A stretch of DNA of 64,000 nucleotides from an uncultured Gemmataceae bacterium (GCA_963750165.1 CAVVPN010000003.1:1888001-1952000), one strand, 5' to 3'; shown: positions 31,718-42,233, numbered from the stretch's first letter. Numbers and translations are program-made. Notes: a model not told the origin generated them from the sequence alone.

Positions 31718-32096
31718 CGGAGTGCTACCTTTCGTAAAGGGTTACCTCGGCAGTTCAAACGTCTTCGGGGCACGGTCACCAGAGGCACGAGCCTGGATCG
31801 TACCCGGCGCCGCTGTTGCCGCATAGTGAAAACGACGCGCGACCGCCGAAAGTTTTAGCGGGTGTCAAACCTTGCCAGCAGATGGTGCGCCCGGGTGGAG
31901 AAGGAGCGGGCCCCCGACAGGGAACAGGGGGGTGTGAAATGAAACGAGACGCAAGCCCTCCCTGGCACTCCATTCATTGTACCACAATGGCCGTCGGAAC
32001 GGAACAGCCGCTGGCCAGCCCGGCCCGGCGAATCTTGCAGGCGGGGCGGCCTTCCCTACACTGGCAACGGCGCCCGCTTGAACAGGGAGAAACGCG

Positions 32097-32888
32097 ATGG
32101 GCTTACCGCTGTTCCAGGTGGACGCATTCACCGACCGACCCTTCGCGGGCAACCCGGCGGCGGTGTGCCTGCTGCCGGGGCTGCGCGACGACCGCTGGCT
32201 GCAGGGCGTCGCCGCGGAGATGAACCTGTCCGAAACCGCCTTCCTGCTGCCGCGCTCCGACGGTTTTCAACTGCGCTGGTTCACCCCCGCGGTGGAGGTG
32301 TCGCTGTGCGGCCACGCCACGCTGGCCGCCGCCCACGTCCTGTGGGAGACGCAGCGCCTGGCCGCCACGGAGCCGGCGCGCTTCCACACGCACAGCGGCC
32401 TGCTGACGGCGGAGCGCCGCGGCGACGACATCTGGCTGGATTTCCCATCCCGGCCGGCGACGCCGTGTGAGGACGAGCACGGCCTGGCCGCGGCGCTGGG
32501 TGTGCGGCCCGTGTGGGTGGGCAAGAACGGCCTGGATTACCTGGTGGAAGTGGCGAGCGAGGCGGCGGTGCGACGGCTGCAACCGGACATCGCGCAGCTG
32601 GCGGCGCTGCCGGTGCGCGGCGTCATCGTCACGAGCCGGGCGGACGGCAGCGGTTGCGATTTCGTGTCGCGCTTCTTCGCGCCGGGGGTGGGCGTCGCGG
32701 AGGATCCGGTGACGGGCTCGGCGCACTGCTGTCTGGCGCCGTTCTGGGGACAGCGCTTCGGCAAGGTCGATCTGGTGGGGCATCAGGTGTCGGCGCGCGG
32801 CGGTGTGGTGCGCGTGGGCGTGCGCGGCGACCGGGTGCTGCTCGGTGGCCGGGCGGTCACGATGCTGCGCGGGGAGTTGTTCGCATGA
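32097..32888 (+). CDS. PhzF family isomerase/epimerase
   Basis: QVDAFT..GNPAAV, NLSETAF, LCGHATLA, EDPVTGSAH. Confidence 0.93.
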   Translation: MGLPLFQVDAFTDRPFAGNPAAVCLLPGLRDDRWLQGVAAEMNLSETAFLLPRSDGFQLRWFTPAVEVSLCGHATLAAAHVLWETQRLAATEPARFHTHSGLLTAERRGDDIWLDFPSRPATPCEDEHGLAAALGVRPVWVGKNGLDYLVEVASEAAVRRLQPDIAQLAALPVRGVIVTSRADGSGCDFVSRFFAPGVGVAEDPVTGSAHCCLAPFWGQRFGKVDLVGHQVSARGGVVRVGVRGDRVLLGGRAVTMLRGELFA

Positions 32889-33385
32889 GTGTCCGGCTGG
32901 AGGCCGTCAGCGCCGCGGCTGACGCGGCGCCCGCCCGGGAACTGCTGCGCGAGTACGCCGCAGGGCTGGATTTCGACCTGTGCTTCCAGAACTTCGAGCA
33001 GGAGTTGCGCGACCTGCCGGGCTGCTACGCGTCGCCGCGCGGCCGGCTGCTGCTGGCGCACCGGGACGGCGAATTGGCGGGCTGCGTGGCGCTGCGGCCG
33101 CTGACGGCGGAGGTCGGCGAGGTGAAGCGGTTGTACGTGCGGCCGACGCACCGTGGCTGCGGGCTGGGCCGGCAGCTGGTCGCGGCCGTCATTGAGGCGG
33201 GGCGGGAGGCGGGCTATCGGCGGTTGTGTCTGGACACGCACCCGAGCATGACCGCGGCGCAGGCGCTGTACCGCGACCTGGGCTTTCAGCCGACGGAGCC
33301 GTACTGTCACAATCCGCACGCCGGTGTGCTGTACTTCGCGCTGGAGTTGGGCGGCGCCGACGCCGCGGAGGAGTCCGGTCGCTGA
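32885..33385 (+). CDS. GNAT N-acetyltransferase
   Basis: EVKRLYVRPTHRGCGLG, LDT..M..A..LY..LGF. Confidence 0.92.
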   Translation: MSVRLEAVSAAADAAPARELLREYAAGLDFDLCFQNFEQELRDLPGCYASPRGRLLLAHRDGELAGCVALRPLTAEVGEVKRLYVRPTHRGCGLGRQLVAAVIEAGREAGYRRLCLDTHPSMTAAQALYRDLGFQPTEPYCHNPHAGVLYFALELGGADAAEESGR

Positions 33386-33430
33386 CCCCGTTTACGTTTC
33401 GACTTCAACTCGCGCGAAACGTAAACGGGG
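33386..33430. terminator. Inverted repeat between convergent genes
   Basis: CCCCGTTTACGTTTCG..CGAAACGTAAACGGGG, 16-bp arms. Confidence 0.7.
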
Positions 33431-33503
33431 CCTTCTTGTCGCACGTCAACGCTAAATCCTGACTCACTCAACGCGCTCCTTCGCCCAGGAAAACGCCCAG
33501 CGA

Positions 33504-35291
33504 TCACTGCCCATACACGCGAAGCTTGGGCGCGGCCTTTTTCAGCTTCGCGATCCCCTGCGGCGTCAGGCGGGGGCAGTCGGTGAGCGTGATCACGCTC
33601 AGCGCCGGCATGGTCGCCAGCGCCTCCAGCGCCGCGTCGGTGATCTGCGTTCGCGACAGGTCCAGGTGCCTCAACGTTTTGATCGCAGCCAGCGCCGGCA
33701 GGGCCTGATCGGTGATCTTCGTGCCCGAAAGTCGCAACATCTGCAGCTTCAGCGCGGCCGCCAGCGACTTGACGCCAACATCGGTCAGCGCTGACCCTTC
33801 CGCTAGCAAATCCAGCAGGTTCGGCAGGGCGGCGAGGTGCGGCGCCGCGGCGTCGGTGAGCGGGCAGCCGTCCAGCGACAGCGTCATCAACTTCGGCAGG
33901 CCGCGCAGGTGCATTAGCCCGGGCCCCTTGATGGGGTTGCCCGCCAGGTACAGGATTTCCAGCGCGCGTAAGTCCTTCAGGTGCGCCAGCCCCAGGTCGG
34001 TGACGCGGCCGTGGCACAGCGACAGTTTCTTCAGGCCGGTCAGCCCCTGCAGGTGTGCCAGGCCAGCGTCGCCCAGGGTCACGTCGTCGCCGAGGTGGTT
34101 GTTCAATTCCAGATGCGTCAGATTGCTCATGCCCGCAAGCGGGGCCAGGCCGGCGTCGGTGAGTTTATGCTTTTGCAGGAAGAGCCGTTCCGTCGCTTTC
34201 AGAGACTGCAACTCCGCCATGCCCGCGCCGTTGATGGGCGTGTCGAACAGGTACAGTTCGTAGATCCGCGGCAGCCGCGCCAGGGCCTGGGCGACCTCCG
34301 GTTTGAGGGTGCCGTCGGCGTTGAAGTGCCGGTTGGTCAGTTGCACCTGCCACGCGCCGTTGAACGGCTGCGTGACCTTCACCCCCGCCTTTTTCAGCTG
34401 GTCCGCGGCCTGTGCCCCGTCCGTTTTGTCGGCCTTGTTGCGGTTTTTGATGTCTTGCAACGTCACCGCCGGCGCCTGTGTGGCCGAGCCCGGTTGGCTG
34501 CTCTCGCTCAGCACCGGCATGCAGTACTTCAACATGAACTCACCCGGGTCCGCAAAGATCGGGTCGTACTTGCCGACGAGTTTGATGCGGTCACCCGGGA
34601 TGAATTTGTTCACCAGGCTCCTGGCGACTACCTCGAAACTGCATCTCACGGAAAGGTGGTCGTTGCCCTGAAGGTAAAGGCTGAAGTCGCCGAGGTCGTT
34701 GACCTCCCTGGCCAGGATTACGCCGGTCACCGCCAGGTATTTGTTCTTGTAACGCTCCCGGGCGCCGGTCGGGGCCTTCGTCAGTTCCCCGGCCAGTTGC
34801 TCGGACGTGAGGACCACTCCCTGATACGGGCCGGTCGTCACCAGCACCGTGTCCTGGAGCATCGGAATAATACTCTCCTCATACCGGCCCCGGATCACGA
34901 CTTCCTGGCCCGGCACAGCCTTTGCCCACGGTTCCTTCTCGTTGCGCAGGTAGCACACCACCTGCTCCAGGAAGTCGGCCCCCTTCAGGTTGAGTTGCGC
35001 CTTGCGCTTGCCGAGGTCGTAGCCGCAGAAGGAGACCTGGCCGCTGAGTTCCAGCGTTTTCCCATGATATTTGGCGCCGGTGGCCTGCCGGTCCTGTTTG
35101 TAGACCGCGAGCAGTTCCATAGCGGTCAACCGGAAGTCCGGTTTATCCGCGGCCGGCTTGACCTGAGGTTGCTCCTGGCCGGGATTCGCGTTCTGCTCGA
35201 CCTCGACTTTGCCAGGGTTGCCGCCACAGGCCACGAACACACCGCAGAGCAGCACCAGCAGGACGCGGGGACCGGAAAGCTGCTTCATCAT
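33504..35291 (-). CDS. Lipoprotein with two OB-fold (tRNA_anti-like) domains and leucine-rich repeats
   Basis: FVACGG lipobox-like; KYHGKTLELSG and RYKNKYLAVTG; repeated L..L.L....ITD.GL..L. Confidence 0.8.
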   Translation of the reverse strand: MMKQLSGPRVLLVLLCGVFVACGGNPGKVEVEQNANPGQEQPQVKPAADKPDFRLTAMELLAVYKQDRQATGAKYHGKTLELSGQVSFCGYDLGKRKAQLNLKGADFLEQVVCYLRNEKEPWAKAVPGQEVVIRGRYEESIIPMLQDTVLVTTGPYQGVVLTSEQLAGELTKAPTGARERYKNKYLAVTGVILAREVNDLGDFSLYLQGNDHLSVRCSFEVVARSLVNKFIPGDRIKLVGKYDPIFADPGEFMLKYCMPVLSESSQPGSATQAPAVTLQDIKNRNKADKTDGAQAADQLKKAGVKVTQPFNGAWQVQLTNRHFNADGTLKPEVAQALARLPRIYELYLFDTPINGAGMAELQSLKATERLFLQKHKLTDAGLAPLAGMSNLTHLELNNHLGDDVTLGDAGLAHLQGLTGLKKLSLCHGRVTDLGLAHLKDLRALEILYLAGNPIKGPGLMHLRGLPKLMTLSLDGCPLTDAAAPHLAALPNLLDLLAEGSALTDVGVKSLAAALKLQMLRLSGTKITDQALPALAAIKTLRHLDLSRTQITDAALEALATMPALSVITLTDCPRLTPQGIAKLKKAAPKLRVYGQ

Positions 35292-35318
35292 CGCGATTAC
35301 TCCCTGGTCGTGAGCAGG

Positions 35319-35360
35319 GCCGTCGGCTGAGCGCGGCAGGCGCCGCGCTCAGCCGACGGC
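35319..35360. repeat. 19-bp perfect inverted repeat
   Basis: GCCGTCGGCTGAGCGCGGC-AGGC-GCCGCGCTCAGCCGACGGC. Confidence 0.75.
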
Positions 35361-35480
35361 AAAATCCGTATGGTGACGCCCTATCTTTACGGTGAAGGTG
35401 TTGGATCGCAAAGCCAGGGGACGACCCACGCGTCCGCATGTCGCGGCCCTGAAGCGCCGGCGCAGTGACGCCGGGAGGAG

Positions 35481-35816
35481 CTACCCCACCGCAAACTCAG
35501 TGTACTGGCGTAAATCGGCCGGCTGAAATCCCAGGACAATGTCCGAGCGTGGGATGCCCGCGGCCACCAATTCGTCGGCGACCGGGCGGTTGGTGCCGTC
35601 GTATTGAATCCACACCTTGCCGTTGATGATGTCGAGGTGAATGACACACCCATGCACGCGACGCCAGCGATCCCAGCCCACGTGCATGACTTCATAATGG
35701 TCCTTGGCGGGATCAATGACGGCTTCAGTATCGATTTGGCCGTGAGAAGGCTTGTAGCTCGCGTATTCCTCAACCACACGGCGTACAATCTCACGGTAGC
35801 GCTCTAACTTGTCCAT
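35481..35816 (-). CDS. xisI: XisI protein
   Basis: MDKLERYR..DHY..HVGW..RVHG..IHLDI..GKVWIQYDGT..GIP..DIVLGF. Confidence 0.93.
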   Translation of the reverse strand: MDKLERYREIVRRVVEEYASYKPSHGQIDTEAVIDPAKDHYEVMHVGWDRWRRVHGCVIHLDIINGKVWIQYDGTNRPVADELVAAGIPRSDIVLGFQPADLRQYTEFAVG

Positions 35817-36223
35817 TGAATCACCTTCTGCTGCTCCACGTCGAACACCAGAATCCGAAGTTGTAACCGATTTACAATGAGCTGCCCAAAGCGTTCGGTA
35901 AGAATCCCGTCATAAAGCTGACGCGACACCGCGAGGTAAAGCATCCGATCAGGTTCGATTTCTCCCAGGACAGCCCGATAGACCTGGTACTGTCCGACCG
36001 CTTCCTGCAGATCGCGTACTGGAGAGGGGTTAAGAAAACTCTGTATTTCCACCGCGATTTGCCGATCCGCTTTCTCCGCACCAATCATTGTCAGCTCAGC
36101 GCCCAGATCCACAAATAAGTCCTTGTCGCCGTAGCTGACGCGCAAGGGATCGTCGGTAATGGTCCACCCGTCCGCGATCAGCGCGCGGACCACTACGTCG
36201 TGATGCACGTTCTTTGCGGGCAC
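35804..36223 (-). CDS. xisH: XisH (element excision factor, PD-(D/E)XK-like)
   Basis: PAKNVHH..ALIADGWTITDDP..DLGAE..IAVEIQSF..AVGQY..RMLYLAV. Confidence 0.93.
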   Translation of the reverse strand: MPAKNVHHDVVVRALIADGWTITDDPLRVSYGDKDLFVDLGAELTMIGAEKADRQIAVEIQSFLNPSPVRDLQEAVGQYQVYRAVLGEIEPDRMLYLAVSRQLYDGILTERFGQLIVNRLQLRILVFDVEQQKVIQWTS

Positions 36224-36295
36224 GGCATCCCCCTGAATAAGAACCGGCAAGCGCCGAATCAATTTAGGGTACTTTAGCAAGACCCCGCAGCGACG

Positions 36296-37744
36296 TCACG
36301 TCAACAGTTTCTCCACCACGCGCCCATGCACGTCCGTCAGCCGGAAGTCGCGCCCCTGGAAGCGGAACGTCAGCCGCCGATGGTCCAGTCCCAGCAAATG
36401 CAGCAGCGTCGCCTGCACGTCATGCACGTGCACGCGGTCCTCCACCGGCGAGAAGCCCAGTTCGTCCGTCGCGCCCAGGTTCAGCCCCGACCTGATGCCG
36501 CCGCCGGCGAACCACATTGTAAAGGCATCGATGTGATGATTGCGGCCCACCGTGTCGCGGATTTCACCCATCGGCGTACGGCCGAACTCGCCGCCCCAGA
36601 CCACCAGCGTCGAATCCAGCAGGCCGCGCTGCTTCAGGTCGCGGACCAGCGCCATGCACGGCCGGTCGATCTCGCGGCAGCGCCCGTCCAGGCCGGCGCC
36701 CAAATTCTCGGTGCCCAGGCCGTGATGGTCCCAGTCCGTGTGGTACAGCGCCACGTAGCGGACGCCGCGCTCCACCAACCGCCGCGCCAGCAGACAGTTG
36801 TTGGCGAACGACGGCTGTCCCGGCTGTGCCCCGTACAGCGCCAGCGTCTGCGCCGACTCGGTGCCGATGTCGATCAACTCCGGGGCGCTGGTCTGCATGC
36901 GGAACGCCATCTCATACGAGGCGATGCGCGTGGCGATCTCCGGGTCGCCGGTGTCGGCGAGGCGGACGCCGTTCAGGTCGCGCACCGCGTCGAGCACCTG
37001 CCGCTGCTGCGTGGCGCTGACGCCGCGCGGCCGCGTCAGGTTCAGGATCGGCTCGCCGCCACTGCGGAACGGCACACCCTGGAAGGTGGTCGGCAAAAAG
37101 CCGCTGCCCCAGTTCGGGGCGCCGCCGCGCGGGCCGCGTGGGCCGGACTGCAGCACCACGAAGCCGGGCAGATCCCGGGCTTCGCTGCCGATGCCGTAGG
37201 TCACCCAGGCGCCAATGCTCGGCCGGCCGAACTGCGGCGAACCGGTGTTGAAGAAAATCTTGGCCGGAGCGTGGTTGAACACGTCCGTCGCGACCGAGCG
37301 CACCACGGCGAGGTCGTCGGCAACGGTCGCCAGGTGCGGCAGGCACTCCGACATCCAGGTGCCGGCGCGGCCGTGGCGGGCGAAGCGGCGACGGCTGCCG
37401 AGCAGTCGCGGCACCTCGCGCGTGAAGCTGTCCATGAACGCGAAACGGCGGCCGCGCAGGTACGAGTCCGGGATCGGCTGGCCGTTGAGCCGCACCAACG
37501 CCGGCTTGTAGTCGAACAGTTCCAGCTGACTCGGGCCGCCGGCCATGAATAGCTGGATGACGCTGCGTGCCCGGCCGGGGAAGTGCGGCGGCCGCGGCGC
37601 CAGCGGGTTGGCCGACGCCTGCGGTTCCGCTGACAAGCGGTTGTCACCGAGCAGCGACGCCAGCGCCAGCGAGCCGAGGCCCAGGGCGCATTCGTGGAAA
37701 AAGTGCCGCCGCGTTCGCCACAGCAAGGGGTCGGTGTCGTGCAT
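36296..37744 (-). CDS. DUF1501 domain protein (Tat signal)
   Basis: TRRHFF, LFMAGGPSQLELFDYKP, ARRLVERGVR, WGGEFGRTP. Confidence 0.93.
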   Translation of the reverse strand: MHDTDPLLWRTRRHFFHECALGLGSLALASLLGDNRLSAEPQASANPLAPRPPHFPGRARSVIQLFMAGGPSQLELFDYKPALVRLNGQPIPDSYLRGRRFAFMDSFTREVPRLLGSRRRFARHGRAGTWMSECLPHLATVADDLAVVRSVATDVFNHAPAKIFFNTGSPQFGRPSIGAWVTYGIGSEARDLPGFVVLQSGPRGPRGGAPNWGSGFLPTTFQGVPFRSGGEPILNLTRPRGVSATQQRQVLDAVRDLNGVRLADTGDPEIATRIASYEMAFRMQTSAPELIDIGTESAQTLALYGAQPGQPSFANNCLLARRLVERGVRYVALYHTDWDHHGLGTENLGAGLDGRCREIDRPCMALVRDLKQRGLLDSTLVVWGGEFGRTPMGEIRDTVGRNHHIDAFTMWFAGGGIRSGLNLGATDELGFSPVEDRVHVHDVQATLLHLLGLDHRRLTFRFQGRDFRLTDVHGRVVEKLLT

Positions 37745-37750
37745 GGTCGG

Positions 37751-40264
37751 CTACTCCCGGGTAATGAACTCGTCGAGGTTCAGCAGCACACGCGCCAGCG
37801 TCGTCCACACGGCGAAGCGGCGGGCCTGGGCGTCCATCGGCTCCGGCGCCGCCAGCAACTGCGTCAGCAGGGCCGTCAACCGCTGCTGCTCGATGGGCCG
37901 CGGTTCACGCGCCAGGCACAGACGGAAAGCGTGGCGGAGGCGGGCGGCGTCGTCGGCCGGGGCCTCGCGCAACACGCGCGCCGCCAGGCCCTGGGCGAAC
38001 TCGTAAAACGCCAGGTCGTTGAGCAGCGTCAGCGCCTGCAGGGGCGTGTTGCTGCGGTTGCGGCGCGTGCAGGTGGCAGTCGATTCGGGGGCGTCGAAGA
38101 CCGTCAGCGCCGGGTGCGGCGCCGACCGCCAGAAGTGCGTGTAGATGCCGCGGCGGTAGCGGTCGGGGCCGGCGCTGGGCGTCCAGTCGCGCTGCACCTG
38201 GGTGAAGCGGAAGACGCCGTCCGGCTGTGGCGGGAACACGCTCGGGCCGCCGATCTTCGGCGACAGCAGCCCGCTCGCCGCCAGCGCCGCGTCGCGCACC
38301 ACCTCCGCTTCCAACCGTAGCCGATTCTGGCGGGCCAGCAGTTTGTTGCGCGGATCGACCGTCGCCAGTTCCGGCCGCGTCTTCGATGACTGGCGGTAGG
38401 TGGCGCTGGTGACGATCAGGCGGTGCAGCGCTTTCAGGCTCCAGCCGCGCTCGCGAAATTCAACCGCCAGCCAGTCGAGCAGTTCGGGGTGCGTCGGCGG
38501 CGTGCCCTGGGTGCCGAAGTCGTTCTCCGTCTCGACGATGCCCAGGCCGAAATGGTGCATCCAGACGCGATTGACCGTCACGCGCGCCGTCAGCGGGTTG
38601 GCGGGATCGACCAGCCACTTCGCCAGGTCCAGCCGGTTCGCCGCCTTCGCCGGCAGCGGGTGCAGCACCGCGGGCGTCGCCGGCCGCACCGGCTTGCCCT
38701 TGCGCAGGAAGTCGCCCTGGATGTGGACGTGCGTCGTGCGCGGCGTCTTGCGCTCCTGCAGCACCAGCGTCGTCGCGATCTTCGGTTCCTGCTTCTTCAG
38801 CTGGGCGACGCGCTGCTCGATGCCGGTGCGCAACACAACCGGGTGCAGCTGCACTGCCAGGTGCTGCGGCCCGGTCAGGCTCAGCGGCGCCAGCGCCGCG
38901 CCGGCGGTGCCGGTGACCTGCCGCGCCTGGTCCGCCCGGCGGAAGGCGTCGGCGAGCCGTTTCTTCTGGCCGGCGTCGCGCTGGTAATCCGGCGTGTCCA
39001 GAATGTCCTTGATCGCCCGCGGCAGCTGCGTGCGCTGGGCGGGCGTCAGCGCCACCTCCCACGCCTTCTGGCGGCCGGGCGTCGCCAGGTCGAGGGCCTT
39101 GACCGATTGCTGCAGCCCGGCGATCTGCGTGCGGATTTGCTTCAGCTGCTTCGTCTCGGCGGCGGTCGGCAGGGACAACGTGGGCTCGTCCTGGTTGTTG
39201 AGGAAGGCGAAGAACTGGTAATACTCAAGTTGCGAAATCGGGTCGAACTTGTGATTGTGGCACTGGGCGCAGCCGAGCGTCAGGCCCAGGAACACCACCC
39301 CCGTGGTGTTGACGCGATCGACCACCGACTCGATGCGGAACTGCTCGTGGTCGATGCCACCTTCCTGGTTCAGCAGCGTGTTGCGGTGGAAGCCGGTCGC
39401 GATCCGATCCGCGGTGGTGGCGTTTGGCAGCAGGTCGCCGGCCAGCTGCTTGATGACGAACTGGTCGAACGGCAGATCCCGGTTCAGCGCGGTGATGACC
39501 CAGTCGCGGTAGGGCCAGATGGTGCGGGGTGCGTCGATGTTGAAGCCGTTGGAGTCGGCGTAGTGCGCCAGGTCGAGCCAGTGACGGCCCCAGCGCTCAC
39601 CGTAGTGCGGCGACGCCAGCAATCGGTCCACCTGGCGCTCGTAGGCGTCGGGCCGTGTGTCCTTCACGAAGGCGGCCACCTCCGCGGGCGTCGGCGGCAG
39701 TCCGGTCAGGTCCAGGCTCAGCCGCCGCAGCAGCGTCACACGGTCTGCCGCCGGCGCGGGCGTGATCTTCGCTTTTTCCAGGCGGGTGAGGATGAATCGG
39801 TCAACAGGGTTGCGCACCCACGCCTTCGCCTGGACGGCGGGCAGCGCTGGCCGCTGGATCGGTTGGAACGCCCAGTGGCCGGGCTGGGCGGCGACAGCGA
39901 CCTCGTTGGCGGGGGCCTTCGCGCCTTCGTCGATCCAGCGCTCGATCAGGCGGACTTCCTGGGCGCTGGGCCGGGCCTTGCCCGGCGGCATTTTGGTGTA
40001 GTTGTCTTCACCGTGCAGCGCCTTGAGCAGGCCGCTCTGCCGACCCTTGCCGCGCACGACGCCGGGGCCGGTGTCGCCACCCTTGATGGCGCCGGCGGCG
40101 GTGTCGAGACGCAGACCGCTGCGCTGCTTCTGGGGGCCGTGGCAGCCGACGCAGTGTTTGGCGAAAATCGGCTTGATGTCACGGAGGTAATCGACCGGCT
40201 CGTCCGCGGCGAGCGGCGGCGTGAACAGGAGCCAGCACAGACTGCACAGGGAAAGGTGTTTCAT
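37751..40264 (-). CDS. Planctomycete cytochrome c / PSD1 (DUF1549+DUF1553) protein
   Basis: CVGCHG, YGERWGRHWLDLA, CAQCHNHKFDP, NPLTARV, TPLQAL. Confidence 0.95.
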   Translation of the reverse strand: MKHLSLCSLCWLLFTPPLAADEPVDYLRDIKPIFAKHCVGCHGPQKQRSGLRLDTAAGAIKGGDTGPGVVRGKGRQSGLLKALHGEDNYTKMPPGKARPSAQEVRLIERWIDEGAKAPANEVAVAAQPGHWAFQPIQRPALPAVQAKAWVRNPVDRFILTRLEKAKITPAPAADRVTLLRRLSLDLTGLPPTPAEVAAFVKDTRPDAYERQVDRLLASPHYGERWGRHWLDLAHYADSNGFNIDAPRTIWPYRDWVITALNRDLPFDQFVIKQLAGDLLPNATTADRIATGFHRNTLLNQEGGIDHEQFRIESVVDRVNTTGVVFLGLTLGCAQCHNHKFDPISQLEYYQFFAFLNNQDEPTLSLPTAAETKQLKQIRTQIAGLQQSVKALDLATPGRQKAWEVALTPAQRTQLPRAIKDILDTPDYQRDAGQKKRLADAFRRADQARQVTGTAGAALAPLSLTGPQHLAVQLHPVVLRTGIEQRVAQLKKQEPKIATTLVLQERKTPRTTHVHIQGDFLRKGKPVRPATPAVLHPLPAKAANRLDLAKWLVDPANPLTARVTVNRVWMHHFGLGIVETENDFGTQGTPPTHPELLDWLAVEFRERGWSLKALHRLIVTSATYRQSSKTRPELATVDPRNKLLARQNRLRLEAEVVRDAALAASGLLSPKIGGPSVFPPQPDGVFRFTQVQRDWTPSAGPDRYRRGIYTHFWRSAPHPALTVFDAPESTATCTRRNRSNTPLQALTLLNDLAFYEFAQGLAARVLREAPADDAARLRHAFRLCLAREPRPIEQQRLTALLTQLLAAPEPMDAQARRFAVWTTLARVLLNLDEFITRE

Positions 40265-40385
40265 GCGCGGCTTCGGGGTGAGACGGCGGGATGGTATTGG
40301 GGCAAGTGGGCTGTGAAGTAAATGATACCGTGTTGCCGCGGGTGTTCCAAGAAAAAAGGCGGCGGCTACGCCGCAGAAAAAGCGG

Positions 40386-41411
40386 TCACGTCACGGCCAC
40401 GGCCCGGCCCGTCCGCACCGACTCGCACTCCTTGTGGCACAGCACCAGCGCGTCGCGCGCCAGCTGGCCGCTCAACAGGTCCGGCTCCTTGCCCGCCACC
40501 ACGCCGTCCACCGCCGCCTGCAGTTCGTAGGTGAACGCCGTGGTCGCGTCGTCGCCGCCCGCCAGCGGCACCACCGCGGATTTGCCGTCCGCCGTCAACA
40601 GCGTCAGCGGCGCCGTGCCGGACTCGTACACCAGCGTCGCCCGCTCCAGGTAAATCTCATAGCCGTGGACAAACGGCCGGCCCTTCATCGCCAGCGCCCC
40701 GCTGGAGCACGACACCGCCTTGCCGCCGGCGCGGTAGAGATACAGCGTCGTCAGATACTGGACGGCGCCGTTCTCCTCGACGCCGGTGGCGAAGACCTGC
40801 TCGGGCACGCCGCAGATCAGGCCGATGAAATGGGTGTCGTGGATGTGCAGATCAACGGCGGGACCGCCGGTCTTGCTGGCGTCGCCGATCTCGGCAGACC
40901 AGTCCGGCCGCGAGATGACCCGTTTGAAGTGGCCGCCGAGTAGTTTGCCGTACTGGCCGCCGCGGACGGCCGCAGCGGCGTAGGCGAACTCGGGGAAGAA
41001 CGGCAGCACATGGGCGACCATGAGGAGTTTGCCCGCCTTGCGGGCGGCGGCGAGCATGGCGTCGGCGTCCGTGGGCTGCAGCGCAATGGCCTTTTCGACC
41101 AGCACGTGCTTGCCCGCCTGCAGGGCGCGGAGGGCCGTCTCGGGGTGCAGGTGTGTCGGGTTGCAGACATCAATCAGGTCGATGTCCGGGTCGGCCAGCA
41201 GGTCGTCGAGGCGCTCGTACTTCTTGACGCCGGCGAGGTCCATCTGCTCGCCGCGCGGGCCAAAGTTGCCGTGGATGCCGCGCCAGTCGCCGGCGAGCTT
41301 TTTCGAGTCGCGGCTGCACAGGGCCGTGACCCCGGCGCCGCGGAGTTTGCGCGCGGCTAGGTAGTGGATCATGCCCATAAAACCAAGACCGACAATTCCG
41401 ATTCGTACCAT
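40386..41411 (-). CDS. Gfo/Idh/MocA oxidoreductase
   Basis: IGIVGLGFMG, GKHVLVEK, DLHIHD. Confidence 0.93.
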   Translation of the reverse strand: MVRIGIVGLGFMGMIHYLAARKLRGAGVTALCSRDSKKLAGDWRGIHGNFGPRGEQMDLAGVKKYERLDDLLADPDIDLIDVCNPTHLHPETALRALQAGKHVLVEKAIALQPTDADAMLAAARKAGKLLMVAHVLPFFPEFAYAAAAVRGGQYGKLLGGHFKRVISRPDWSAEIGDASKTGGPAVDLHIHDTHFIGLICGVPEQVFATGVEENGAVQYLTTLYLYRAGGKAVSCSSGALAMKGRPFVHGYEIYLERATLVYESGTAPLTLLTADGKSAVVPLAGGDDATTAFTYELQAAVDGVVAGKEPDLLSGQLARDALVLCHKECESVRTGRAVAVT

Positions 41412-41648
41412 TGACGTATCCTCTTGCCATTGGTCGCTTTGCGTAATTCTGCGGATTCTGTGAATCTCACGATTTCAAGCTGTTTACGGCCATTTTCAGG
41501 CCATTCTTGCTCGTCATTCTTGCTCGTTTTCGCCCGGGTCGTGGGCTATTCTACGCGGTTTGGCATGGGAAGTTCAGCCGCCCCCGCATCGAACCTGCCC
41601 TGCTCCGCGACTGTCCCTAAAATAGCGATACAAGAGGAGACGCGCCCC

Positions 41649-42233
41649 ATGATCAACTTCCGCGGCATCTGTCCGCGCTGCAACCGGCTGTCGTTGGTGA
41701 ACCTGCAGACGCCGTGCCCCAACATCTTCGGCGACGGCCGGGTGTGCGGCTATGCGCTCACGACCGACGTGATGAGCGGCAACCACACCTACCGGGCCAA
41801 AGAACTGAAGCACACAAGCCCGCCCCCCTCAGGTTCAACCAGCGACCACTCGTGGACGAACCCGGGGCGGTACGACCTGCACCAGACGGCTGCGCTGGCG
41901 TCGGGCAACCTGTGCTACGACACGGTCAACCGGTACTTCTGCCTGTCTGCGTCGCTTGGCAGCGGCGAAGCGAAGGTCGCCTACCGGCAGAGCGGGACGA
42001 CCGCGGATGCCTGGCGGATCACCATGCCGCTCAACTCGAAATGGCCTAACCTGCACCTGCACTACCGCGAGAACGAAACCGGCCTGGTCCCGATCGCGAG
42101 CGGCGACTTCGTGTTCGCGGGCTCGGGCATCATGGTCTCGGGCGTGGAGCAGAAGGCGTACAGCATCTGGCAGGGCAGCCAGGTCGTCGCCGTCTACGAC
42201 CCTGTCGGCTCGGGGCTCGTCACGTTCAAGTAG
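41649..42233 (+). CDS. Hypothetical protein with N-terminal Cys motifs
   Basis: GAGGAG RBS; CPRC..CP..C. Confidence 0.65.
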   Translation: MINFRGICPRCNRLSLVNLQTPCPNIFGDGRVCGYALTTDVMSGNHTYRAKELKHTSPPPSGSTSDHSWTNPGRYDLHQTAALASGNLCYDTVNRYFCLSASLGSGEAKVAYRQSGTTADAWRITMPLNSKWPNLHLHYRENETGLVPIASGDFVFAGSGIMVSGVEQKAYSIWQGSQVVAVYDPVGSGLVTFK

